From: Octopus sinensis
Lineage: Eukaryota
NCBI RefSeq assembly: GCF_006345805.1
Contig: NC_043013.1
Location: forward strand, 24,800,001-24,864,000
Direction of reading: 5' to 3'
Length of the DNA stretch: 64,000 nt
Under the pieces are notes generated by a model that made no database searches, had not been told where the DNA came from, and saw nothing but the letters and a program-made list of their open reading frames with translations. The translations under genes were made by a program, and so were the position numbers. Shown here piece after piece: positions 12,081 through 24,624 of this stretch (position 1 is its first letter; each line of letters starts with the position of its first letter).

Positions 12081-12500
12081 GGCGCAGGAGTGGCTGTGTG
12101 GTAATAAGTTTGCTTCCCAACCACATGGCTCTGGATTCAGTACCACTACGTGGCACCTTGGGCAAGTGTCTGCTACTATAGCCTCGGCCTGACCAAAGCC
12201 TTGTGAGTGGATTTTGTAGACGGAAACTGAAAGAAGCCCGTCGTATATATAAGTGTATGTGTATGTGTATTTATGTCGATGTGTCTTTTTGTCTGTGTTT
12301 GTCTCCCATTACCGCTTGACAATCGGTGTTGGTGTGTTGACGACCTCGTAATTTAGCGGTTCGGCAAAAAAAAAAACGATAGAATAAGTACCAGGCTTAA
12401 AAACTAAGTACTGGAGTCGATTCATCCGGCTAAAAATTCTAGGCGGTGCTCCAGCATGGCCGCAGTCTAATGACTGAAACATGCAAAAAATAAAAAAAAG
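12081..12500 (+). mobile_element. SINE family C, full length
   Basis: ggcgcaggagtggctgtgtggtaa head through gcagtctaatgactgaaac tail. Confidence 0.85.
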
Positions 12501-12527
12501 ATGTTTGTATATATATATATATAATAT

Positions 12528-12560
<33 letters not shown>

Positions 12561-12754
12561 GTTTGTGTGTGTGTGTATACATATATGTATATTTATATAT
12601 TCATATATATATATATATAATATATATATATATATACATATATTGTCAGTGGATCATGGATCATCCGAAAAAGAAGCACAATCTAATCGTTAGAGCAGTA
12701 GTATATTTATAGGAAGTTGATTATATGCATTCATAAGTGGTGCTTATGTGTGGG

Positions 12755-13080
12755 TAAAGACACCCTTCGGTCATGGATTACCATGAGATTGCACCTAGAA
12801 ATTTACCCTCCGAGACATGTCTGGGCAAGTTTGTTTATGGAAGATCAATTATCACCCATGCATACCAGCCTCCTCTCTCCACGCCTTTAGAAGGGAAAAA
12901 AAGCTAAAGGCCAATACAGATTGGCACTAATGACGTCGCACCTCAGTTTTACAGCTGAGTGAACTGGAGCAATATGAAATAAAGTATCTTGGAGAAGAAT
13001 ACAACGCACAGCCCGATCCGGGAATCAAACTCACTACCTCATGATAGTAAGCCCTATGCTCTAACCACTCAGTCATGCAC
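12755..13080 (-). mobile_element. SINE family D variant
   Basis: Reverse complement has a tRNA-like head (gagtggttagagc, gagtttgattcc) and a tail matching 2985-3240. Confidence 0.7.
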
Positions 13081-13081
13081 C

Positions 13082-13116
<35 letters not shown>

Positions 13117-13183
13117 TCACACATATATACCTTCATATATACGTACATATTCACGTATAGGTATATACAATATATATGTACAG

Positions 13184-13214
<31 letters not shown>

Positions 13215-13725
13215 AACATGCGTGTGTGTACGCATATATGTGGCGTATATATATGGCCGGGTCTAAGCTTCTAATCGTTTAGATCGTCTCGATTATTTGC
13301 ACCCTCGCAAGATGAATGGCAACGATGAACCCGACCGAAAGTCTTTATTAATATTCATTTTTTAGTACAGGTACAATTGAGAGACAATTTTATTTGATTG
13401 GTTCCAGGAGGTTGAAATGCAAAGCCAACATGACCGTAGAACTTTGAAACGCAAAGTTGATCTGAACGCGGAACGGCAAAATATTAAGCTGAAGTCGCGT
13501 GATTTGAATTCAGAAAGTAAAGAGTTACAACTAAAGGAATTTAGTTCTTTACAGTTACCATTCTGCCAATTCCTTCGTGTTTTAATATGCTAAGAATTTG
13601 CAATCAGTTATGAAAAAAAAAATCAGAAATTATTTAGTTTTACCGGAAATCGTTAGTAACTCATAAAATATCTTGTAATTTTATAAATTCTCACTTATCT
13701 TAAAAAATATTTTTTTAATTTGCAG

Positions 13726-14026
13726 ATTAAATGAAATGGATATGAAAAATATAAAGGTTTACCCGACAAGGGAAGAAACGATCCCAACTTATAATAATGT
13801 TGCGTTTCAAGAAAATGGAAATGCGAAAGACAGTATTACCAAAAGTGGAGCTTTCAAGAATGAGAGTAACAAAACAGCGAATGCCAAAACCGAGTCCACC
13901 ATAACTGGTGCTACCAATATTGAGAGTATCACAGTTGAAAGCAGCAAAATTGGAAATAGAGATGAGGGAAATAACAAAGATGGAAGCAATGAAGATGAAA
14001 GCGACAAACAGGGAATCAGCAAAGAG
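13726..14026 (+). CDS. Coding exon, probably the first; ATG at 13736 gives 97 aa of low-complexity N-terminus (MDMKNIKVYP...KQGISKE) of an unidentified protein
   Basis: Acceptor ttttttaatttgcag|, donor gag|gtaaat (phase 0), open frame across the whole exon, non-repeat sequence with protein-like N/S/T/E/K composition. Confidence 0.7.
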
Positions 14027-14078
14027 GTAAATACAAAACACGGTTCTAATTTATTCTGTTCCTCTTTTACTGATTCTA

Positions 14079-14475
14079 GGCGCAGGCGTGGTTGTGTGGT
14101 AAGACGCTTTCATCTCAACCACATCTCAACCGAGTTCAGTCTCACTGCGTGGCACTTTGGGCAAATGTCTTCTACTATAGCCTCGAACCAACCAAAGTCT
14201 TGTGAGTGGATTTGGTAGACGGAAACTGAAAAGAATCCTGTCATTTATGTATATATATGTGTGTGTGTGTGTGTGTATGCGTATGTTTTTTTATGTCCGT
14301 GTTTGCCCACTACCACTACTTGAAACCAATGTTGGCGTGTTTACATCCCTGTAACTAACCGATTTGACAAAATATACTGATTGCATAAGTACCAGGCCTA
14401 AAAAAACAAGTGTTGGGGTCAATTCATTCGACTAAAAATTTTTGAAGGTGTTGCCCCAGCATAGGCGCAATCTAA
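14079..14475 (+). mobile_element. SINE family C
   Basis: ggcgcaggcgtggttgtgtggtaag head, gtgagtggatttggtagacggaaactg core. Confidence 0.85.
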
Positions 14476-15471
14476 ATACTTTGTGACCATACTAGGAGTT
14501 TCTAATATCATGTAATTTAGCCAACGTGGGAGCTAGAAATACCAGATAAATTTCTCTGAAATCCCACCCTCCCATCCGACAAATGAAAGGACATATAACG
14601 GAAAAGCATGATTCTGTGAAGCCGTCCAGGCGCTGGCGATTTAGCACGGTTGGCTGGATATTGAAGCTTCTTTGGCAAAAGTACTCTTTGGCTCTGAAAG
14701 CAAACACATACACACACATGCGCATGTGACCAGAAATATATACATACAAATTAGTCAGAGATGGGGGAGAGCGAGAGAGAGAGGAAGAAAGAGAGGGAGA
14801 GAGGGGGAGAAAGAGGGAGAGAGAGATTGCAAATTATTAACTGAACACGTTTGATACACTTTTTCTCTCCTCACATGCATAGAGAAATATGCTCTCATAC
14901 ACATAAAGAAAGAGAGGGATTGTGTGTGTGTGCGCGCGCGCGTATGTGTGTTTATTTGTCTATCTGTGAGGGAGAGAGGGAAAGAGAGAAAAAGGAGAGA
15001 GAGAGAGGGTTGACAGAACGTTAGAAACATAAAGATAGAAGAAATATTAGAGTTTCACGTCAAATAAGTCGACGTCGGATTCGCGATCCCCAACGGCTGT
15101 GCCAAAGCATTTCCTACTCTTTTATAATGTAAACCTCCTGCAATGACGGAGAAATACCTTTTGTCATAAGCTAACTCAGTGGTCTATGTGTTAATGGATA
15201 GTTAATTTATTAAGAAAGGATTGTAAAATTGTGTTGCTGTTGTTGTTGTTGTTGTTTCACTGCAGATCAGCCACGAGCGAGGATCGTTGCTGTTATGGAC
15301 ATCCTGTCTTGTCTGGCAAGCATGGCGTGTCTCGGTCTACATTATTCAATGAGTTCTCACTTTTAAAGATAGTAATGTCTGAAATGAGGGAGATTGTGTG
15401 CTAGTTCTAGCAGCTCACGAAAACGTTGCTTCGTTTGATTTGTTGTTGTTGGTGGTGGTGGTGGTGGTGGT

Positions 15472-15507
<36 letters not shown>

Positions 15508-16484
15508 TGCGTGTACTTTTGTGTGTCTGCGTATTTATAAGTGTAACAAAGAAGAAAAATTGATAATGAAATGGCGGTTGCATGAAGAACGCCCGGTCAT
15601 CGAGATTCAGTGAAGGGCTGCAAGATCAATTTCATAAAAAGTAACACATGTTTTTTTCTAAAATCAGTAGATTGTTTTAGAATGCAACTCAAGATTAAAA
15701 TTTTTCTGGTAATTTTTTAAAAAATTGTCTTTGTCTTGAAAGACTAAAATTTTAATACAATATGTAGTCGCATAATCTGTTGCATGTAGCCTAATCTGTT
15801 AATCCTAGTTTAGCGGTTGGTAATGAAAAAGAAAGAAACGAACAAAAGTTTGTGGGGAAAGATGTGACTAACAGGGAAAAGGAAAGAAAGGAATGAAAGT
15901 TGACATTCGAGGAAAGCAAAGGACAGAGAGAGAGAGAGTGGGAGATAATGATAGAGGGTGAGAGAGAATGAGAGAGGGTGAGAGAGAATGCTAGAGTGAC
16001 AGAGTGAGAGAAAGGGGAAAAGAGAGAGAGACAGGCAAGTAAGCAGGCTGATATATATGTATATGTATGTATGTATGTAGGTATGTAGGTAGGTAGGTAG
16101 GTAGGTAAGTAGGTATGCAGGTAGGTAGGTAGGTAGGTAGTAGGTAGGTAGGTAGGTAGAGTTGGGCGGATGCACAAATGAACGATCGGACGGACGGACG
16201 GATGGACGGATGGATGGAGAGAAATTTACTACCCATTTACATAACTACTTTCAGACTATTTAGAGGTATGTAGCGAATGACGTGTCCATCGGTTCAACTC
16301 CTGCCCCTGACGGAAATACTAGACGCATTTTCGTACAATCTTATTCAATAGTAATTTGGAGTATCAGTTCAAATCATAGCAATAGTCATATAATCGAGTA
16401 TTACATAATAGAGAAATGATATTGGACAGAGAATTAAGAAAGGAAAATAATGAAAACCTATATAGTAATATAATCGATATAGGT

Positions 16485-16850
16485 TAAGAAGCTTGCTTGG
16501 CAGCCACATGGTCTCGGGTTCAGTCCCACTGTGCAGTACCTTGGGCAAGTGTCTTCTTCTATAGCCCAAGGCCGATCAATGTCTTGTGAGTGAATTTGGT
16601 AGACGAAAACTGTGCAAAAGCCCATAGTACACATATGTGAGTCTTTGTGTGTTTCCCCGTTCCAGCGCTTGACAACGGGCGTTAGTTTGTTTATGCACCC
16701 GTAACGAAGCGGTTCGGCAAAAGTATCCGATAGTAAAAGTACCAGACTTAGAAAATGCGTAGTTAGGGTCGATCTGATGGACCTAAACCCTTCAAGGTGG
16801 TGTTCTAACATGGCCGCAGACCAATGACTGAAACAAGTAAAGGATGAAAG
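16485..16850 (+). mobile_element. SINE family C
   Basis: gggttcagtcccactg, accttgggcaagtgtcttc, tail gaccaatgactgaaacaagtaaa. Confidence 0.85.
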
Positions 16851-17930
16851 ACAAACATCAGATTTCTGATTAATCTTATTCATCAACTAGCATAATCCGC
16901 TTCACCAATTAGTCCTGAATTAAACTCTTTTAGCATGTTTTGAAACTATTGAGGCATCTTCTATTTATATTATAATGGAGGAAGCTGCTTATTAATCAGG
17001 TATAAAAGAAAGCAATTATTAAAGGCTTGACTGTCGGGAAATTTTTTTCATAAATTCATGTCGCAAAAAATTTCCTAAGTTCGATTTTTGAAGTTTATTG
17101 AATATTTGAACTACAAGTTTTTCACAAATTTAAATATTCGTTGCATTCACTGCGGAGCAGATGTTAATGTTTAATATATAATATTCATTATAGGCAAAAT
17201 TTTCCGTTTTCATTTGCAACAGTCTCTCACTCTCACTTTCACTCTCTTTCCCTTCCTCTCTCCCTCCCTCCCTCTCTCTCCCTCCCTCTCCCTCCCTTCC
17301 TCTCTCTCCCTTCCTCTCTTTCTCTTTCTCTCTCTCTTTCGCCTCTATTTTCATTAATGGTAATTTAATATATATTCATTTCAATGTTTTCATTTCAATG
17401 TTTTCATTTCAAGTTTTAATTCGCTATTTGCAAAACCCACACATATATACGTAATGGAAATAAATTATTTATTGAATGAATGAATGCTATTAGACAAAAT
17501 AGCTATATAACTTTGAAACACAATTTCAAGAACAATATCAGTTTCCAGAGTTTGTTAAATTAATATTTTTGATAAAATGAACACTTTTTAACATACCAGT
17601 ATCATTTTTTGTTTTTTAATTAAGAAGTGATTTTGTTGGTATGGCTGTTTGGAACGCTATAAGCCTTACAGTAACAACTATGTGATCACTGCTATTTCTA
17701 GTACGCTAAACGTAGTTGGGTCACCTTGAAGTTTGTTTAAATTACAGATACATTACAACAACGATAGATTACTGAAAGAAATATTTACTAAGCAAGTGAG
17801 ATTTTTTTTTATAAATTGACGTTTTCAGGAAAATTTACTTTCTGAACTTCCTTTCATTATTGAATATTTATACAAAGAAATTAATTAGACGTAAAATATC
17901 ATAAAAGTTATTAGAATTGGGAATGAAATG

Positions 17931-17965
<35 letters not shown>

Positions 17966-18228
17966 CTACAAGCGATGCAGGTTCAAGTCCCAGCAGCCTT
18001 CGATTTTTCTATCGAAAAAGGGTTTTTCAACCCAGTTTTTACATCCTATTATTTATGGCATTATATATACTGCGAGACTCGGTTCCAAAAAAGAATATTC
18101 CATACTCTCTCCAAAATTCGCGAATTTTTATGACGTCACCAATATCTGTGTGTATATGTACGTATGTGTGTCTTTGTCTTTTGTTTTTCTGTAAATCCCA
18201 ACTATATGTATGTATATGTATATATATG

Positions 18229-18312
<84 letters not shown>

Positions 18313-18315
18313 TAG

Positions 18316-18369
<54 letters not shown>

Positions 18370-19234
18370 ATATATACACGCACACACAATACAGTATCAT
18401 TTCAGCTGATTTTACTAATCAGTTTCGTACATGAGAGTTTATGGGAAAGTGCTAATTCCACACTGTCGGCATACATACATACATACATACATACATATAC
18501 ATACATACATACATACAACAACATACATACATACATACATACATACACGTGGACTTACGAGAAGATCATTAATAGAATTTCTGAATGACTCTCGAGATGC
18601 ATATACGCATATAAATATAGTATCGCACAATGCAGTAGGAATGAATTTTTAGTAACCGTTAACATGATTATATTTGCTTTAAAGTATAGGTGACTTAAGT
18701 TTACTTTTAACCTTACCATTCTTACAAACACCAAGTAGATAGTTAACTCGCTATGTGATCGTGAATGCCCCAAACCTCACATGTGTGTTGGCTCACACTT
18801 TTGCGAATGCTTGTATGAGCGAGTGTACTCGCGCCATGCAGCTTGCCCAAGGGCATTTATACATCCATATTTGTTAACGGTTATTTTTGATACTTTTCTC
18901 GCTGGATTGCGTGTCCGTTTCTATTTATGCCATCTGTGATTTTATCGTTGATCTATATAAATGAAGATATTTCTTTCGTCTGGCTGCTTTTCTTTCTACA
19001 AAGCGGGAGGTTACATTGTGGAACTGTTATTTTAACGAGTTGCATTTATTTATCATCCGACGAGATACATCTACACCGCCAGATGCTTCTGAACCAGTTG
19101 TTGGGTGTCCCAGATATGAGGGATCGATGCTAGATGTGTCGAAACAACTGTCATGAATAATAATGAATTCTCGTATATTCCATCTTTCATTTGCCATAAA
19201 TGTGTGTGTGTGAGAGAGAAAGAGAGAGAGAGAA

Positions 19235-19265
<31 letters not shown>

Positions 19266-19384
19266 AAGGAAGAGAGAAAGAGAATTTGTTGTTGAAAATG
19301 CACCTGAATTTGAAAAACTTGTAATTGTTTTTAAGTAAATTTATTTACATAAATACCAAATTGGTTTCAACAATTTTTTGTTTC

Positions 19385-20848
19385 ATTTCTATATTTAAGA
19401 GATGAGGAACTATGTACATTATTTACATTATTTACATTTGGTGAAGCTCTATCAATGATTCAGGAAAAACTAGTGACAGACACCCATCTAAAAGAACGCA
19501 CTAGTATACCAATAAGAAACCTGATGGAAATGTTGACCTTCTGTGTAGAAACTACCTACTTCAGAATGGACACTGATATATATCGACAAGAAGAGGGTTT
19601 AACTATGGGTTTGCCATTATCACCGATAACAGCCAATATATACATGGAATACTTTGAGAATTTGGTTTTAGGACCAACGCCACTAAAACCAACCCTATGG
19701 CTGCGATATGTTGATGAGACCTTTATACTCTGGCTCCACCAGGAAGATATCCAAGTGCTGTTAGATCATGTGAACTCAATAAAGCCATCCATACAGTTCA
19801 CAATTGAAAAGGAAAAAGACAATCAGCTAACATTCCTGGACGCATTAATAACACGCACCAAGTATGGATTCCGGACATCCGTATACCGCAAGCCGACTTT
19901 CACTGGACGACACCTCAACTTCAATTCCCACCATCCGCACAGTGTAAAGAGGGGGATTTCTCAGTACCCAAAACATCAAGCAAAGAATATTAGTAGCGAT
20001 CGTGATACACACCGCGAAGAAATGATCAAGCTCAATAACAATCTGTTAAGTAACAACTACCCCAAAAACATACTGTCCACTCCAATTATGAAGAAAAGAG
20101 AGGATGAAACCAATAAACTGTTCACAGTCTGTGTACGCTATGTGAAAGGCATCTCCGAAAAGATACAAAAAGATATGCGGCCCATATGACATCAGGGCAG
20201 TATTCAAGAGTAATACAGCACTTCGCAAATATCTCCTTCAAGTAAAATCACCAATAGAAGAGAATATGACCAAAGACTGCGTGTACTCCATCCCATGCAG
20301 CTGTGGTAGGTTATACAAAGGCGAAACATGCCTCACCCTCAAAATAAGGGTAGACGAACATCGCAAAGTTGTTACACGAGGAGATATTGATAAATCAGGT
20401 ATGGAAAAATGGAGACCACCTTCCCCTGTGGAATGAATTTAAAATAATAGGTAGAGAACACTACCGGAAAATATGAAAACTAAAAGCAGCAACACATATG
20501 TTAGGACACAACAACCTCCTAAGCAGACCGAGTGCAAATATGAGTAGCATATGAGAAATGGTATTAAGGAAGGATAGAAAAATATTAGATTTATAAGCCC
20601 TAAAATTCACTCCATAATTACCCTCGGGCATATGACATAGAGGTTAAGAGCGCGGGCTACTAACCCCAAGATTCGGAATTCGATTCCAGGTGGTAACTTG
20701 AATAATAATAACATCGAAAAATACCTTAGGAATGAGAATCCTGGTTCGAAATTTCCTCAAGACACCTAATAAAGGCTGGAGGGTATATCAACCGAAACGT
20801 GTTAACAACAAACAAGATGAGGGCAAATATCAGTCAAATGTAAATAAT
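19385..20848 (+). mobile_element. 5'-truncated Penelope (Poseidon-like) retroelement: RT plus GIY-YIG pseudo-ORF (about 19440-20596), 3' tRNA-like cassette and HHR, inverted terminal piece at the 5' junction
   Basis: QEEGLTMGLPLSP, WLRYVDETF (catalytic DD mutated to DE), IQFTIEKE, VYRKPTFTGRHL; after a frameshift CVYSIPCSCGRLYKGET. caaatgtaaataat at 20835-20848 is the reverse complement of 19427-19440. Confidence 0.9.
20626..20700 (+). ncRNA. tRNA-like (SINE-head) sequence, not an intact tRNA
   Basis: A-box-like tgacatagagg, stem-loop ggg-ctactaa-ccc, B-box-like ttcgattcc. Confidence 0.6.
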
Positions 20849-21054
20849 TTTTTGTTTATCAATGATATAAAGGTATGGGACTTTTTAAAAAATTTAATTG
20901 CGAAGTAGAAAATATGTTTAAATGATTAAATGTTCACAAAATTGAATGAAATCAGAAATGACCGGCGAATGGGAAACACCAAAGTTTGGTCATACTGAAA
21001 AACAGAACTACAGAAAATGTAACAAAACCCCTTTTATTTACTTTCCTTTTCTCC

Positions 21055-21101
<47 letters not shown>

Positions 21102-21535
21102 TCTCTCTCTCTTAACTCAGTATGACCGAATTTTTGGTGATCCACATTCTTTATATTCTTCTCTGGTCATTTTTGATATTATTGAATTTTGCGAACATTT
21201 AATCACTTAAACATGTTTTCGCTTCGAAATTTAAAATTCTTAAAATCCCATACCTTTATACCATTGATAAATAAAAAAATTGCTGAAACTAGTTTGGTAT
21301 GTATTTAAATAAATTTATTTAAAGACGATTACAAGCTTTGCAAATTCCGGTGCATTTTCAACAGCAAATTCTCTATATTTTTTCCAGTGTGGAAATTCAC
21401 GCCCCCTTTTCTTATATAGATATAAAGAAGAAATGCCAGGCTCATAAAGGTCCAGTTTTCCGGTTTCAGTTGCGTATATATGCCGCACTTGGATGGGACG
21501 CCGGTCCGTCGCAGGATTATATATATTTATATATA

Positions 21536-21593
<58 letters not shown>

Positions 21594-21594
<1 letters not shown>

Positions 21595-22053
21595 CATTAT
21601 TCTTTCTAAGTCTCTCTAAAGGAGACTATGGCAGCGGTACTGGATAGTAATAGTTATCGCCAAGCTAATATGGCAGTCCATAAATATAGGTCGAAAGCTG
21701 CCGTTGATTAGCTCCAAGAGGCCATCGCCTCTAGCTCGCTAAGTGACACACGAACCTGTATCCATTATAACCTTCGAACAGGGGAGGTCAGCCGCTTCCC
21801 CTGCTGGGTTCGGTTGCTCTGCATTGATAAAGAGCAAATACCCTGAAACTAGTCTGCAGCTGCCTGACCAGCAAGGGGGAGCGGCTGACCTCCCCTCTTC
21901 GAAGGTTATAATGGACACAGGTTGTGTGTCACATAGCTAGCTAGAGGCGATGGCCTCTTGGAGCTAATCAACGGCAGCTTTCGTCCTATATTTCTCGACT
22001 GCCATATTAGCTTCGTGATAACTATTATATAATAATATATATATTATATATAA

Positions 22054-22088
<35 letters not shown>

Positions 22089-22566
22089 TATTATTATTAT
22101 TATATTATTATCATTATTCTTTCTAAGTCTTCTAAAGGAGACTATGGCAGCGGTACTGGATAGTAATAGTTATCGCCAAGCTAATATGGCAGTCCATAAA
22201 TATAGGTCGAAAGCTGCCGTTGATTAGCTCCAAGAGGCCATCGCCTCTAGCTCGCTAAGTGACACACGAACCTGTATCATTATAACCTTCGAACAGGGGA
22301 GGTCAGCCGCTTCCTGCTGAGGGTTCGGTTGCTCTGCATTGATAAAGAGCAAATACCCTGAAACTAGTCTGCAGCTGCCTGACCAGCAAGGGGGAGCGGC
22401 TGACCTCCCCTCTTCGAAGGTTATAATGGACACAGGTTCGTGTGTCACATAGCTAGCTAGAGGCGATGGCCTTTGGAGCTAATCAACGGCAGCTTTCGTC
22501 CTATATTTCTCGACTGCCATATTAGCTTCGTGATAACTATTAATAATATATATATATTATATATAA

Positions 22567-22601
<35 letters not shown>

Positions 22602-23053
22602 TATTATTATTATTATATTATTATCATTATTCTTTCTAAGTCTTCTAAAGGAGACTATGGCAGCGGTACTGGATAGTAATAGTTATCGCCAAGCTAATAT
22701 GGCAGTCCATAAATATAGGTCGAAAGCTGCCGTTGATTAGCTCCAAGAGGCCATCGCCTCTAGCTCGCTAAGTGACACACGAACCTGTATCATTATAACC
22801 TTCGAACAGGGGAGGTCAGCCGCTTCCTGCTGAGGGTTCGGTTGCTCTGCATTGATAAAGAGCAAATACCCTGAAACTAGTCTGCAGCTGCCTGACCAGC
22901 AAGGGGGAGCGGCTGACCTCCCCTCTTCGAAGGTTATAATGGACACAGGTTCGTGTGTCACATAGCTAGCTAGAGGCGATGGCCTCTTGGAGCTAATCAA
23001 CGGCAGCTTTCGTCCTATATTTCTCGACTGCCATATTAGCTTCGTGATAACTA

Positions 23054-23054
<1 letters not shown>
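21594..23054. repeat. Three tandem ~515-bp units, each a fold-back element with ~158-bp inverted arms (21650-22025, 22166-22540, 22679-23054)
   Basis: tcattattctttc starts at 21594, 22111 and 22624; arms atagttatc...ctgctgg / ccagcaag...gataactat. Confidence 0.9.
21819..21859 (+). ncRNA. Minimal type I hammerhead with U3-A8 core; further copies at 22334-22374 and 22847-22887
   Basis: CTGCA TTGATAA AGAG-CAAATA-CCCT GAA ACTAGT C / TGCAG: 5-bp stem I, palindromic stem III, GUC site after 21854. Confidence 0.65.
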
Positions 23055-23142
<88 letters not shown>

Positions 23143-23151
<9 letters not shown>

Positions 23152-23340
23152 GGAGCTTCTACAGGACTAGAAATGTTTCATTCAAGAGAAATCTTCAGGA
23201 AGCTTCCTGAAGATTTCTCTTGAATGAAACAGTTCTAGTCCTGTAGAAGCTCCTTCTATATAATAAATTAATTTTACTCTGCTATGTATTGAGTACCTTA
23301 TTTACTGTGGTTAACCCCGAATCAACCCGGGACCTACATA
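23143..23340. mobile_element. Fold-back 120-bp palindrome (23143-23262) with one-sided tail, Penelope-type terminus
   Basis: Palindrome centred on ggaag|cttcc with one mismatch (23173/23232), between (TA)n arrays. Confidence 0.8.
23201..23251 (+). ncRNA. Near-canonical type I hammerhead ribozyme; mirror copy on - strand at 23154-23204
   Basis: AGCTTC CTGAAGA T-TTC-TCTT-GAA-T GAA ACAG-ttctagtc-CTGT A / GAAGCT; GUA site after 23245. Confidence 0.75.
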
Positions 23341-23997
23341 TATATATATATATAAAGTTGAAACTGAAATGGGATTCGTCTAGATTTTCTCTTGTTTAAA
23401 CATTTTTAAAGACTTGACCAGTTTCATAGATTTCTCTGATTTTCAAAAGTTGAGATAGAAAGACGTGGAGCTTTGCTGCAACTTTTGAAAGCAATCAAAC
23501 CTCAAATATTTCGTTGGCAAGTATGTCTTTGCTGATGGGAAATGCTTTTATAAAGTAAGTAACTGAAGATAGTTCATAAGGATTAACAAGTATCTCGAGC
23601 AGTTTACGAAAAAAAGTGCACAGGAAATTAACTCTAGAGAGTTTGAAGCTCTTAGGACTCTCGAGGAGGACGACTACGTCAAATAATATAAGCTAGATCC
23701 GGGTGACGGGGTGCAACAGTGACGCCTAAAACAATGGAGATGATTGTTAGAGCGGAGCTGTAGTGTCACTAAAAAAAAAAACCAGAGAAAACAAAAGAAA
23801 CAGCACGTTCCTGGTTCTGTAGCCGTAATAGGCCTTATTTGATGCATATCCAGTTTATAACATAATCAAGAATGTATGTGTATAAAAGAGTATCACGGTT
23901 GTGATCAAACTTTAACATGACTTTCATTTGAGCATTTTTGAGTTAACGCATTTTCTATTATAGTTTTGTTACAGGTTTATAAATCTTATATACGTGA

Positions 23998-24415
23998 GCT
24001 AAGGCAGCGAGCTAGCAGAATCGTAAGTATGCCGGGCGAAATGCTTAGCAGTATTTCGTCTGTCTTTGCGTCCTGAGTTATAAATTCCGTCGAGGTCGAC
24101 TTTGGCTTTCATTCTTTCGAGGTCAATAAAGTACCAGTTGCGTACTGGGGTCGATATATTCGACTGGCTCCCTCCCCCAAAATTTCTGGCCTTGTGCCTA
24201 GAGTAGAAAATAAAAAGACTCGTTAGCACGCTGAACGAAATGCTTAGTGGCATTTCGCCCGTCGCCACATTACAAAGTTCAAATTCCGCAGAGATCGACT
24301 TTGTCTTACATCTTCTCGGGGTCGTAAATTAAGTACCAGTGACACACTGGGGTCGATGAAATCGACTAGTACCCTCCTCCTAAATTCCAGATTTTGCGCC
24401 TTCAGCAGAAAGGAT
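23998..24415 (+). mobile_element. Two adjacent SINE family B copies
   Basis: Heads at about 24005 and 24222, both with gttcaaattccg or ataaattccg and a ttgtgcc/ttgcgcc tail. Confidence 0.75.
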
Positions 24416-24624
24416 TCTATGCGTGAGCTCGCCGTGACAGCTCCTCTCATATAGTGAATCCTTGCATTTTTAGCGATTTTCATTAGTTTAATTGCAGACT
24501 GTTGTTGTATAGGGAGGAAATAATACAATAATCTTTGAAATACAACACGTGAACTTCAGACAACTTTATCGCTGGAGCAACCTTTTATGTCTTCTTTTTT
24601 ATTGCTCTTTGTAAAGGCTGCGAG

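Noticed and set aside
19105-19155. Possible hammerhead (..atga gggatc..gat..c gaaacaactgtc)
   Set aside because: Core is disrupted and no stem I pairing was found
20626-20700. Functional tRNA-Ser(ACT) gene
   Set aside because: Acceptor and T stems do not pair properly; it is a SINE-type head
21650-22025. Classical DNA-transposon MITE interpretation of the fold-back unit
   Set aside because: Not excluded, since TA flanks exist, but the one-sided ~55-nt extension and the hammerhead in the spacer fit a PLE or retrozyme origin better
23450-23554. Candidate exons (EIERRGALLQLL... and ...SLLMGNAFI)
   Set aside because: Weak acceptors, phase not compatible with a clear model, no recognisable homology
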